Source: a virus
Direction: 5' to 3' (one strand)
Length of the DNA stretch: 64,000 nt
IMG/VR virus record: IMGVR_UViG_3300032093_000074
Coordinates: 1-64,000 of that record
Under the pieces are notes generated by a model that saw only the letters and a program-made list of their open reading frames with translations, searched no databases and was not told the origin of the DNA. Within the stretch, counting starts at the first letter, position 1. Each line of letters begins with the position of its first letter. This document shows, piece after piece, positions 9,487-17,878 of this stretch. The translations under genes and the position numbers were made by a program.

Positions 9487-10449
9487 ATGAGTTTCAAACG
9501 TTATCGCCTAGCCAAACCTGAACACGGAGGCCAAGACTGGCTGAACATCCGGTTCCGTGACGAGAACGGCAACAAGCGCATCAGCGCCTCAGCTGCCGCA
9601 GCCATCTACGGGTTGCACAGGTTCGTCCCACCCGACAAGTTCGCTGCCGAGCTACTGTCCGACATCGCCCCCATCCCAACCGAACCGACTTGGGCTATGA
9701 AACGGGGCAACGACCTTGAACCCATCTGCATCACATGGGTGTCGGAACGTCTCGGCATCGAGTTCTACACCCCTGAAGAAATGTTCTGCTACGACGACCC
9801 ACGGGGCGCACGGCTCATCTCCACTATCGACGGATTTTACGAGGACGGCGACACCCGCAAAATCGTAGAAATCAAAACCTACAACCGTCCGTGGGACCCC
9901 GGCCATTTCTTTGACTACTGGCGCATCCAAGGAATCCAGCAAGCAATCTGCGCAGACACCGACGAAATCACTTGGGGAATCTTTGATGGCTCCCACCAAC
10001 TCCACATCCATGTGCAGGAAGTGTCAGCCGCCGAAAAAGAGGAACACATCGAGAAAGCCTCCGAATGGCTGTCCGCCATCGACATGGGCATGACCCCACC
10101 AGGCGTCACATGGTCTTTCGCCTCCATCCAGGAACGTTACCCCGAACCGGAAACAGACAAGCTGGTGGAGATAGGCGAAGAATACAAGGACCTTGTATCC
10201 CAGTTGAAGCATGTCAAATCGGAACTCAACTCGTACAAAGAACTTGAAGACAAGTTGAAAGCGCAACTGTGCGAACTTATCGGCCCCAACGACGGGGCGA
10301 CCATCGGCGGCAACACTATCGCCACATGGAAAGGGCAAGCCCGCACATCGTTTGATGCGAAAGCTCTCAAAGCCGACCACCCAGAGTTGGCAGAGAAATA
10401 CAGCAAGCAAATCACCGTCCGCACTTTGCTTTTGAAAGGGGCTAAGTAA
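9487..10449 (+). CDS. YqaJ-like recombination exonuclease
   Basis: ISASAAAAI, RGNDLEP, STIDG, EIKT, Q..Q PD-(D/E)xK motifs. Confidence 0.9.
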   Translation: MSFKRYRLAKPEHGGQDWLNIRFRDENGNKRISASAAAAIYGLHRFVPPDKFAAELLSDIAPIPTEPTWAMKRGNDLEPICITWVSERLGIEFYTPEEMFCYDDPRGARLISTIDGFYEDGDTRKIVEIKTYNRPWDPGHFFDYWRIQGIQQAICADTDEITWGIFDGSHQLHIHVQEVSAAEKEEHIEKASEWLSAIDMGMTPPGVTWSFASIQERYPEPETDKLVEIGEEYKDLVSQLKHVKSELNSYKELEDKLKAQLCELIGPNDGATIGGNTIATWKGQARTSFDAKALKADHPELAEKYSKQITVRTLLLKGAK

Positions 10450-11093
10450 TGGAAGAAAACAACAGTAAACAACTTCTGCAAGTGTTGAAAGACCACGCAG
10501 TACCGGACCCGAAGATTGTTGGCAAACTCCCGAAAGGGAACATGCAACTCGACTTCGTTGGCCATGCCGACATCACCCGGCTCTTGATTGAGATTGACCC
10601 GACATGGCGTTGGGTCCCTATCGCCTGGGACGAGGGCCGACCCAAGGTTCATGTTGAGAACGGGATGGCAACCATGTGGGGGGAACTCCAGTTGCTCGGC
10701 CATGCCCGTCTAGGTGTCGGCTCGGTGCGGGCAGACAAAGCAGATTTGGACAAGGAACTTGTCTCCGATTTTCTGCGCAACGCCGCCATGCGATTCGGCA
10801 TCTGCCTGTCCCTGTGGACGAAGCAAGAGTGGGAAGATTTGGGTGGCAAACCCGAACCGCAGAAGCAGGTCGGCTCGAAAGCGAAACCGGCACCGAAACC
10901 GGAGCAGACTGACGGAAACCTGTCTGACCAGCAACGCAAACAGTTCGAGAAAGCCTGCACCGACAGCGGACTCTCATTCATGCTTGTCGCTGCGAACGCC
11001 CAGGTTGACTGGGATAAGCCTGTCCCCGCATCACAACTGCCTGCGCTCCGTGCCGCATACAAGGAACTTCTAGAGTTCAGGGAATCTGAGTGA
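10449..11093 (+). CDS. Single-strand annealing protein, Rad52/Sak-like
   Basis: LDFVGHADITRLL..DPTW.W, K...SDFLRNAAMRFGI motifs; follows exonuclease. Confidence 0.75.
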   Translation: MEENNSKQLLQVLKDHAVPDPKIVGKLPKGNMQLDFVGHADITRLLIEIDPTWRWVPIAWDEGRPKVHVENGMATMWGELQLLGHARLGVGSVRADKADLDKELVSDFLRNAAMRFGICLSLWTKQEWEDLGGKPEPQKQVGSKAKPAPKPEQTDGNLSDQQRKQFEKACTDSGLSFMLVAANAQVDWDKPVPASQLPALRAAYKELLEFRESE

Positions 11094-11425
11094 GTGTCAA
11101 CAGGGGGCGGGGCACAGCGTTCGAAACGCTCGTTGTTCGGTTCCTGCAATCTAAAGGCTGGATTCATGCAGAGCGCCGCGCCCTCCACGGCACCCTGGAT
11201 AAAGGTGACATCACCGGAACCGGCCCGCTGGTGTGGGAATGCAAAAACCACAAGACACTTGACATCTCCGGCTGGTTGAAAGAAACCGAACAGGAACGGC
11301 AGAACGCTAAAGCGGACCACGGCATTCTTGTTGTGAAACGACGCTCCTACGGGGAACCTTCAGACCAGTACGCCATCATGCGGCTAGACGATTTATGTAA
11401 CCTTTTGAAGGAAGCGGGATACTGA
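11090..11425 (+). CDS. Holliday junction resolvase (Hjc-like)
   Basis: RGTAFE..V..FL, DKGDI, WECKN motifs. Confidence 0.8.
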   Translation: MSVNRGRGTAFETLVVRFLQSKGWIHAERRALHGTLDKGDITGTGPLVWECKNHKTLDISGWLKETEQERQNAKADHGILVVKRRSYGEPSDQYAIMRLDDLCNLLKEAGY

Positions 11426-11721
11426 TGCGTTGGAAACCGATACAAACAGGCGGGTCAACCCAATGCGACACCTGCCCCGAAGTGGTGGGCTTGCGCCGCA
11501 CCGTCGAATCGTTGCAGGTTCTTGTGTCCGAAGTGAAACGCCCCGACGTTAGCGCCGAGCTGTACAACGAAATGGGTGAGCGGTGGACCGAGGCTGTGTT
11601 GGAAGCGAAACGGTGGCGTGAGATTGCCGATGCTTTGTACACCCATTTGCCTTGGGGCACATCTGCTGGCGCTGGTGATGCTCGACGCAAATACAACAAG
11701 GCGGTGGCTGATGAGCGGTAA
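11425..11721 (+). CDS. Hypothetical protein
   Basis: Coupled ORF; RWREIADAL motif shared with 11872 and 12110. Confidence 0.6.
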   Translation: MRWKPIQTGGSTQCDTCPEVVGLRRTVESLQVLVSEVKRPDVSAELYNEMGERWTEAVLEAKRWREIADALYTHLPWGTSAGAGDARRKYNKAVADER

Positions 11722-11875
11722 CGAATACAACCCGTGGGTGGTCACCCATGAAGACGGCTCGCAGACATTGTTGAGCATTTTTGTGGAGGACGGCGAGATT
11801 ACTGCGGTGCAGTATGCGACCCGCTCCGACAGGTGGGGTTCCTGGGGGGTTCCTGAGGATGCGGTGAAAGGATGA
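11711..11875 (+). CDS. Hypothetical protein
   Basis: Coupled ORF MSGNEYNPWVVTHEDG... Confidence 0.55.
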   Translation: MSGNEYNPWVVTHEDGSQTLLSIFVEDGEITAVQYATRSDRWGSWGVPEDAVKG

Positions 11876-12117
11876 CCGACGACATTGTGAAGTACTTGCG
11901 TTTGAGTAGAACACGGTTCAACCGCCACGCTGAAGCCGCCGACGAGATTGAACGGCTGCTGGCACAAGTTGAACGCTGGAAAGAAATAGCAAACAACCTT
12001 CTCATCGCTGGCGAATACCAGCTGGATAAGCTGACAGGCGGGGCAAGCAAAAAAGACCTGCACCCAATGTGGGTTATCGCATGGGAAGAACATGACAAGG
12101 CGGTGCGTGGTGATTGA
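11872..12117 (+). CDS. Hypothetical protein (EAADEIERL motif)
   Basis: ATGA-coupled ORF. Confidence 0.65.
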   Translation: MTDDIVKYLRLSRTRFNRHAEAADEIERLLAQVERWKEIANNLLIAGEYQLDKLTGGASKKDLHPMWVIAWEEHDKAVRGD

Positions 12118-12394
12118 CGACGCAAGAAGGGTTTCTGAAACCCTAGGCACTGGACAGCATATTGATGCTCCGTTTGGCGGAACCGTGAAAGATGTTCATG
12201 CATCATGTCGTGATGAGATTGAACGCCTACGGGAAGACCGTGACTGGTGGAAAAACGTAGCAACAGACCTGTTTTGGGCAGACAGCCCATGCAACTGCCC
12301 TGCCTGCGACCAAATCAGAGACAAAATCCGAGACGATTTGGACATCAAAAAGTACACCGTCCACAAAGAAAGCGATGCGTATGGCGATAGGTAG
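12110..12394 (+). CDS. Hypothetical protein (DEIERLR motif, CxCxxC)
   Basis: Coupled GTG ORF. Confidence 0.6.
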   Translation: MIDDARRVSETLGTGQHIDAPFGGTVKDVHASCRDEIERLREDRDWWKNVATDLFWADSPCNCPACDQIRDKIRDDLDIKKYTVHKESDAYGDR

Positions 12395-12551
12395 CGGCGC
12401 AGAAATCGGCATCGTCTTCGGCCAATGGAAAGACATGACCCCAACAGACCGAGACATATGGTGCGCCACCTTCCGAGACAGGTTCGGAGACAATCTGCTG
12501 AAAGGCTATGCAACCCTCGCATACCCCAAAAGGGAACAGGAAAACGACTGA
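12381..12551 (+). CDS. Hypothetical protein (56 aa)
   Basis: Manual translation MAIGSGAEIGIVFGQW...; fills gap with overlaps at both ends. Confidence 0.5.
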   Translation: MAIGSGAEIGIVFGQWKDMTPTDRDIWCATFRDRFGDNLLKGYATLAYPKREQEND

Positions 12552-12973
12552 TGCCATACAACCCGCAACACGACATCCCAGCACACAACTTCAAAAAAGA
12601 CTTGGAATACGGTGAGCAAGGCGAACAAATCGTCCACCAGTTCCTCACCGCCCTACACGACGGGTCTTTCGAAGTGAAACGGGACCGCTACCGCAACGGC
12701 CGAATGGTCATAGAAACCCACCAAAACCCACGGGGCGAAGGCTGGAAACCATCCGGCATCAACGTCACCGAAGCATCCTGGTGGGTGTACCTGTTCTCCG
12801 ACGACGCCTTCATCATCGTCTCCGTGCAACGAATCAAAAACTTCCTGAAACGCCACGGATTCGACGACATAGAGAAACGTGTCATGGCTGCAACCGGAGA
12901 CAACCCAGCTAAAGGGTTCCTTCTGTTCCCGAAACATGTACAGGACCTGCTGGTCAACGAACTATACGACTAG
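12551..12973 (+). CDS. PD-(D/E)xK-like nuclease-fold protein
   Basis: FKKDLEYGEQGE, FEVKRD, G.MVIE, KPSGINVT motifs. Confidence 0.6.
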   Translation: MPYNPQHDIPAHNFKKDLEYGEQGEQIVHQFLTALHDGSFEVKRDRYRNGRMVIETHQNPRGEGWKPSGINVTEASWWVYLFSDDAFIIVSVQRIKNFLKRHGFDDIEKRVMAATGDNPAKGFLLFPKHVQDLLVNELYD

Positions 12974-13050
12974 ACTCACCTAACCCGTCCCAACAAGGAG
13001 GCACAGCCACGAAAAACACCACCTAATGCCAAAACTGAAAGGAGAACATC

Positions 13051-13500
13051 ATGCGCAAATCGGCGCTCTTGGCATCCATCATCATTATCAGTCTCGCCCC
13101 CACCCGTGTGGAGGCCAAACCAAACATCCCGGAACCATGCCGGAAATACGTCAACATGGCACTCGAAGTAGGTTTCCGAAGGGGCGAACTACCAGAACTG
13201 TTCCGTCTCGCTATGCGTGAATCCAGGTGCATACCGCACAACAAAGGACTCAACAAGCGGGCAGACGGCTCTGTATGGTCAACCGATATGGGGTTGCTCC
13301 AAATTAATAATTACAGTTGGGTGACCTATCTACGGGGACTCAACATCATCAAAAGTAGCGAAGACCTTCTAAATGCACGAACCAACCTGCGGGCTGCGTT
13401 AGCATTAGTGAAATATTCGGAGAAGAAAGGGTACTCGAAATGGCATCAATGGCGGACCGGAAATCCGAATGGTTCTGCCGGAGTTGCGGCCAAAGGATAA
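13051..13500 (+). CDS. Secreted lytic transglycosylase (SLT/lysozyme-like)
   Basis: Signal peptide, RESRC catalytic ES, GLLQIN, L.PRTN-like motif. Confidence 0.85.
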   Translation: MRKSALLASIIIISLAPTRVEAKPNIPEPCRKYVNMALEVGFRRGELPELFRLAMRESRCIPHNKGLNKRADGSVWSTDMGLLQINNYSWVTYLRGLNIIKSSEDLLNARTNLRAALALVKYSEKKGYSKWHQWRTGNPNGSAGVAAKG

Positions 13501-13597
13501 CCCTCTTTATCAAACCGTTGGAACCACCACACCATCTCTGCCAAAAGAGACTCAACAGAAACCTTCCGCTACAGCTGAAGGGGAAAGAAGAAACAGA

Positions 13598-13993
13598 ATG
13601 AACAACATCACCATCATCGGCAACGTCGGCAAACAGCCCGAACTGCGGTACACAGGCTCCCAAATGGCTGTGTGCGAGTTCACCGTAGCCACCACCCGAG
13701 GCAAAGACGACAAGAAACAAACCACCTGGCACAACGTCACATGCTTCGGCAAACTGGCAGAAAACGTGGCAGGGTCCCTCGCTAAAGGCAACCGTGTCAT
13801 CGTCGTCGGACGTATCGACATCACGACCAGCGAAAAAAACGATGTCAAAAAGACATACACCAAGATTGTGGCCGAAAACGTCGGCATGGACATGACCTAC
13901 GACATCGTTCTCATCGACAAGTCGGAGCAGGTTGTGAAACAGGTCGCCAAAACCTTCGGCGGCACCATCCTTGACGACGAGGAAGCGTTCTAA
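13598..13993 (+). CDS. ssb: Single-stranded DNA-binding protein
   Basis: NNITIIGNVGKQPELRYT, TTWHNVTCFGKLAENV, KGNRVIVVGR, acidic DDEEAF tail. Confidence 0.95.
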   Translation: MNNITIIGNVGKQPELRYTGSQMAVCEFTVATTRGKDDKKQTTWHNVTCFGKLAENVAGSLAKGNRVIVVGRIDITTSEKNDVKKTYTKIVAENVGMDMTYDIVLIDKSEQVVKQVAKTFGGTILDDEEAF

Positions 13994-13995
13994 CC

Positions 13996-14280
13996 ATGAC
14001 CGTTTTGAAGGGGGCCGAAATCCTGGGTGAAGCACACCAGCTCATCACCGGTCCAAGACAACAACAATACGCACACCCGTACGAGGACTACAGCAAAGTT
14101 GTGGACATCTTCTACGGGCTAACCGGCGTCCGTCTCACCGTCCATGAAGCACTCTGTTTCATGGTGTCAGTCAAAATGGCACGGCTACGCACAGCCGTGG
14201 AACGTGGAGGCTGGCACCATGATTCGCTGGTGGACGCCATCGGATATTTGGGGTGCATCAACATGGTGGAGAAACGATGA
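13996..14280 (+). CDS. DUF6378-like protein
   Basis: IL.EA..LITG.RQ..Y.HP, M..VK.AR, H.DS.VD.IGY motifs. Confidence 0.75.
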   Translation: MTVLKGAEILGEAHQLITGPRQQQYAHPYEDYSKVVDIFYGLTGVRLTVHEALCFMVSVKMARLRTAVERGGWHHDSLVDAIGYLGCINMVEKR

Positions 14281-15553
14281 GATTCGGAAGTTTGTTCGCA
14301 GGAGTAGGCGGATTCGATATCGGGTTGGAAGCAGCCGGATGGGAATGCGCATGGCAAGTCGAATGGGACAAACATTGCCAACAAACACTTCAACACCATT
14401 GGCCGGACGTACCGAAATGGTGGGATGTGTCCGACGTAAACGGTGCAGAACTACCACCGGTAGACGTCATCACGTTCGGTTCACCATGCCAAGACCTGTC
14501 TGTCGCAGGCAAAAGGGCAGGTCTAGACGGCGGACGTTCCAACCTATTTTTTGAAGCAACAAGAATCATCAAGGAGATGCGAGATGCAACAAACGGAACC
14601 TATCCAAGATGGGCTATTTGGGAGAACGTACCAGGAGCCTTATCCAGCAACAACGGTGCAGACTTTGAGAGGGTCCTCGAAGAAATGGTTGACCTCGGGG
14701 GTCATCACATCGAATGGAGCATCCTTGATGCGCAGTTCTTCGGAGTCCCCTAACGGCGTAGACGAGTGTTCGTCCTCGCTTGTTTCGATGCTTCAATCCT
14801 CCAACGAGGTGGCAGACCGGTACTTGCTGTCGGGGAAAGCCGCAGAAGGAATCCTGCGAAGGGCAAACAAGCGGGGCAAAACACTTCCCCCACAACTCCA
14901 GCAGGCTTTGGAGATAGTGGTTTTGCACGGTGGCAGGAACGGGAAGTAACAGTCACACTCGCAGCCCGAGACTACAAATCCCCCAACACGGTTGTTGTTG
15001 AAGAACAATGGCCAGCTGGGACAACAGAAGACGACGTTCTCGCCACCTCTATATGCAGCAAATGGGCTAAAGGCACAGGCGGACCGTCAGGGAGCGAATA
15101 TTACAACCTGGTGGTGGACAGCCATGTGGTTCACGAAAAGTAGGCGTGCCCAAAATGTTGACGATTACGAAACATGGAATATGGGGGGGGGTGTCACCGA
15201 CATTGAACGCTTTTGACAACACCGGGGATAGCCGTGCAACCGTCCTCATCATTGATGGGACCCGTGTCAACGATGTCCGAATCTACGACGACGAAATCAC
15301 CCCATGCTTGAAAAACAGGATGGGGACAGGAGGCAACAACGTGCCACTCATACAGGAGCAAGAAATGCAAGTACGCAGACTCACCCCCGTCGAATGTGAA
15401 CGACTCATGGGATGGCCCGACAACCACACACTCCCCCGAGCAGACGGCAAAACAAACAGCGACACCACCCGCTACAAAATGTGCGGCAACGGAGTCGCAT
15501 CACCAGTAGCCCAATGGATAGCAGAACAAATCAACAATGCAGAACATCTGTGA
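14277..15553 (+). pseudogene. C5-cytosine DNA methyltransferase, interrupted (in-frame TAA at 14751; frame changes near 15120 and at G9 tract 15183-15191)
   Basis: SLFAGVGG, GSPCQDLS, WENVPG, GVP*RRRRVF, RRLTPVECERLMGWP, YKMCGNGV motifs spread over three reading segments. Confidence 0.85.
14584..14949 (+). CDS. Overlapping-frame methyltransferase beta subunit (M.EcoHK31I beta-like)
   Basis: Own AAGGAG RBS; SL.SML....RYLLSGKAAEGILRRANKRGKTLP motif; +1 frame inside the MTase. Confidence 0.75.
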   Translation: MQQTEPIQDGLFGRTYQEPYPATTVQTLRGSSKKWLTSGVITSNGASLMRSSSESPNGVDECSSSLVSMLQSSNEVADRYLLSGKAAEGILRRANKRGKTLPPQLQQALEIVVLHGGRNGK

Positions 15554-15686
15554 CCATTGCGGAACCGTCAACCTCGCCCTCACAACCTGGACACGGCAAC
15601 AAATCGAAGGATGCGAATGCGGATGCCACCAAGCACAGGCATACCGGATAGCGAAAAAAACCAAATCAAAGAAATGGAAAAAATGA
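15537..15686 (+). CDS. Small Cys-rich protein (CDHC..CECGCH)
   Basis: Manual translation; ATGA-coupled to whiB. Confidence 0.55.
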   Translation: MQNICDHCGTVNLALTTWTRQQIEGCECGCHQAQAYRIAKKTKSKKWKK

Positions 15687-15949
15687 GAAACAAAAACTGG
15701 AGAAACGAAGCAGCATGCCGCGGGGTGGACATCGCCATCTTCTACCAAGGGCGAGGAAGCGGACCCCGCATGTACGACAAAGCCCGAGAATACTGCAACC
15801 AATGCCCAGTCCTAGCTGACTGTTTCGAGTTCATCATGGAAATAGAACTAGACCCACACAACCACCGCTGCGGAATGTTCGCAGGACTCACCCCCAAGCA
15901 ACGTGCCGCATACCAAGCACAAAGAGACACCAATGTTTCTGCCTCTTAA
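15683..15949 (+). CDS. whiB: WhiB-family transcription factor
   Basis: W...AAC..IF...AREYCNQCPVLADC...GMFAGLTPKQR. Confidence 0.9.
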   Translation: MRNKNWRNEAACRGVDIAIFYQGRGSGPRMYDKAREYCNQCPVLADCFEFIMEIELDPHNHRCGMFAGLTPKQRAAYQAQRDTNVSAS

Positions 15950-16187
15950 ATGGATGAGCGAAGCAGCATGTGTCGGTGCCCCAACAGAAATCTTCTTCCC
16001 CGAAATCAACGGTGGCAACACCGAAGAAGGCTGGGTTGAAGCCCGAAAATACTGCGCTGAATGCACCGTCCGAAAAGAATGTTTGGCGCTAGTCCAACAA
16101 TGGGAAAGCCCGGACGTCCGCCGCAACGGAATGTGGGGCGGGATGACACCAACCGAACGTGACAGGCATTTCTCCCGCAAAAGATGA
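15933..16187 (+). CDS. whiB: WhiB-family transcription factor
   Basis: W...AAC..IFFP..ARKYCAECTVRKEC..GMWGGMTPTER. Confidence 0.93.
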   Translation: MFLPLKWMSEAACVGAPTEIFFPEINGGNTEEGWVEARKYCAECTVRKECLALVQQWESPDVRRNGMWGGMTPTERDRHFSRKR

Positions 16188-16256
16188 CGCACGAAGGCGT
16201 CGGATGTTGGCGCACGGACCCGTCCCATTGCAAACAGGGCCGGTTGGGGAATGCAA

Positions 16257-16306
16257 TAGCCTGCGCTCAACTGCCAGGAAGGGGATACCGACAGGAGCGC
16301 AGGCTA
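16257..16306 (-). terminator. Long hairpin at the convergence of early (-) and middle (+) transcription; minus-strand loop UAUCCCCUU
   Basis: 12-bp perfect arms TAGCCTGCGCTC/GAGCGCAGGCTA; inner stem has a G-U pair only on the minus strand. Confidence 0.6.
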
Positions 16307-16332
16307 CGAAGAAGACTCTACAAGGTTCGAAG

Positions 16333-16632
16333 CTATCTGCGCAACACTCCACGCCTAACCCCAACAACAATACAGTCAGACGGCAACCCGCATCCCGCAA
16401 CCGCCGCTAACGCAGCTTGGCGGGACCCATGCGGATACGCACCCGCCAACGCCCCCCACGGTTGACCGGTTCGAACATGCGGACCCAACCAAAACACTTG
16501 AACCGAACCGAACCGCCGAAACACTACGAAAACAACACGGCGGGACCGGGCACGGGGCAAAAGCAGATGGCGGACCTTTCGGCCCGCCACCTCCCCAACA
16601 TGCTTGACGACAGATAAGGCGTCAGATGTCAT
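16333..16632 (-). CDS. Hypothetical early protein
   Basis: ATGA-coupled to upstream minus-strand gene. Confidence 0.5.
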   Translation of the reverse strand: MTSDALSVVKHVGEVAGRKVRHLLLPRARSRRVVFVVFRRFGSVQVFWLGPHVRTGQPWGALAGAYPHGSRQAALAAVAGCGLPSDCIVVGVRRGVLRR

Positions 16633-16904
16633 CCGCCCACCTGTATTTCCCACTCGGCCACCAAAGCAGCCACCGCTATACGTTGCGTATCGGGGCGTGA
16701 AGACAAAACCAGCGGGGAATATTCAGACACGGCTACCCGCACGGACCCGTCCGACTCACCGAAACAAATACCCCGTGCCCACCTCTCCACATATTCGACG
16801 ACAGGGGCAGGGACCTTCCCACGGCGAACCCCCCGATTGTCCGCCAAGACAACAACCTCCGCATAAGCGGTGCCCAAGTCACATTTGAGGAGATATGTTT
16901 TCAT
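16629..16904 (-). CDS. Hypothetical early protein
   Basis: ATGA-coupled, MKTYLLKCDLG... Confidence 0.6.
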   Translation of the reverse strand: MKTYLLKCDLGTAYAEVVVLADNRGVRRGKVPAPVVEYVERWARGICFGESDGSVRVAVSEYSPLVLSSRPDTQRIAVAALVAEWEIQVGG

Positions 16905-17074
16905 CTCGGCACCCGTGCAGCCAGCAGGACCGCCGTCCAAAGACGGTCAGAGTCGGGGGCATTGTCGACGGCGTGCCAATCCTCCGCCGTCCAAAGTGAA
17001 GTATTGACAACAACGAAGCGCCCAGGAGTGGCATCCCCAAAAGTGCCGTCGTCGGTAAAGAATGTCAAAGACAT
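16901..17074 (-). CDS. Hypothetical early protein (57 aa)
   Basis: AGAAAGGG RBS before ATG 17074. Confidence 0.65.
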   Translation of the reverse strand: MSLTFFTDDGTFGDATPGRFVVVNTSLWTAEDWHAVDNAPDSDRLWTAVLLAARVPR

Positions 17075-17118
17075 ATGAACCCTTTCTATGTTTAACCTTC
17101 CGGCACGGTGCCGAAAAG

Positions 17119-17169
17119 TAGCGGACGGGGTGGGAATCGAACCCACCGAAGGCACCAACGCCCCCGCCC
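17119..17169 (-). ncRNA. Mini-tRNA-like element 1 (acceptor stem, mini D-like arm, T-arm; no anticodon arm)
   Basis: GGGCGGG GGC-GTTGGT-GCC TTCG GTGGG-TTCGATT-CCCAC CCCGTCC GCTA. Confidence 0.8.
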
Positions 17170-17176
17170 TGTAGGA

Positions 17177-17401
17177 CTATCGCCGTCCCGCCATCATCAA
17201 AGTGAACGCACCCCCCAACATTCCAAGACCCGCAGGCAGGCCCCACCCTTCAGACTCGCCCGCAGCGTACGCAACAAACGCCCCGCAGACGGTGGCAAGG
17301 GCGAACATGGCCCGCCACCGCCCGCCGATACGTTCACGCTCCGCCCATTGCTCCGCCGTAAACGTGCGTGAAGGCGTCTCACGGTAATGCCCCCGCATCA
17401 C
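17177..17401 (-). CDS. Hypothetical early membrane protein
   Basis: GTGA-coupled; two hydrophobic segments. Confidence 0.6.
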   Translation of the reverse strand: MMRGHYRETPSRTFTAEQWAERERIGGRWRAMFALATVCGAFVAYAAGESEGWGLPAGLGMLGGAFTLMMAGRR

Positions 17402-17778
17402 TCGGCCCCCCTGTAGCTGTCACGCTCCGCCGCATCCATAGCGGACCATAGGCCCGCCTGCACGCCACGGAGTGCCCGCATAGCCTCCGCCTTGGTGGAA
17501 CCCAAATAGCCCGAACCCAAACGGAGCGGGTCGAAGTGTGCCGTGCGGTATTTGTCCCCGCCGGAACCATTCAACCGCCACGCCCGCCCATACGTCACCG
17601 AGCCTTCATCTAAAACCAAATGGGGGAACCGGTAACGGCTGTCCGCCAAATGTTCCGGCATAGGCTCCGCAGAATCGGCGGACCACTCGCCCCCCTCCAA
17701 TATCCCTAGCGCCTTGCACATTCTTTCAATATCGGCCGCAAGCTTGCGCAGGTCCCCTACTGTCACTCTCTCAGACAT
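17398..17778 (-). CDS. Hypothetical early protein
   Basis: GAAGGGG RBS; ORF 126 aa. Confidence 0.7.
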   Translation of the reverse strand: MSERVTVGDLRKLAADIERMCKALGILEGGEWSADSAEPMPEHLADSRYRFPHLVLDEGSVTYGRAWRLNGSGGDKYRTAHFDPLRLGSGYLGSTKAEAMRALRGVQAGLWSAMDAAERDSYRGAE

Positions 17779-17825
17779 TCTTTACCCCTTCATTATGTTC
17801 AACCCCCCCGCCCCATGCGGGGAGG

Positions 17826-17872
17826 TAGCGGACGGCGGGGGAATCGAACCCCCGCAAGGCACCTGCCCGCCC
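17826..17872 (-). ncRNA. Mini-tRNA-like element 2
   Basis: GGGCGG GC-AGGT-GC CTTG CGGGGG-TTCGATT-CCCCCG CCGTCC GCTA (6+6 bp coaxial stack). Confidence 0.8.
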
Positions 17873-17878
17873 CACCTT

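Noticed and set aside
14751-14753. Genome-wide TAA-to-Gln recoding
   Set aside because: TAA terminates many genes with proper coupling (e.g. 2182, 3222, 10449); this looks like an isolated change.
16159-16465. Plus-strand ORFs after the second whiB
   Set aside because: They overlap the terminator-like hairpin and a minus-strand gene, and show low-complexity shadow translation.
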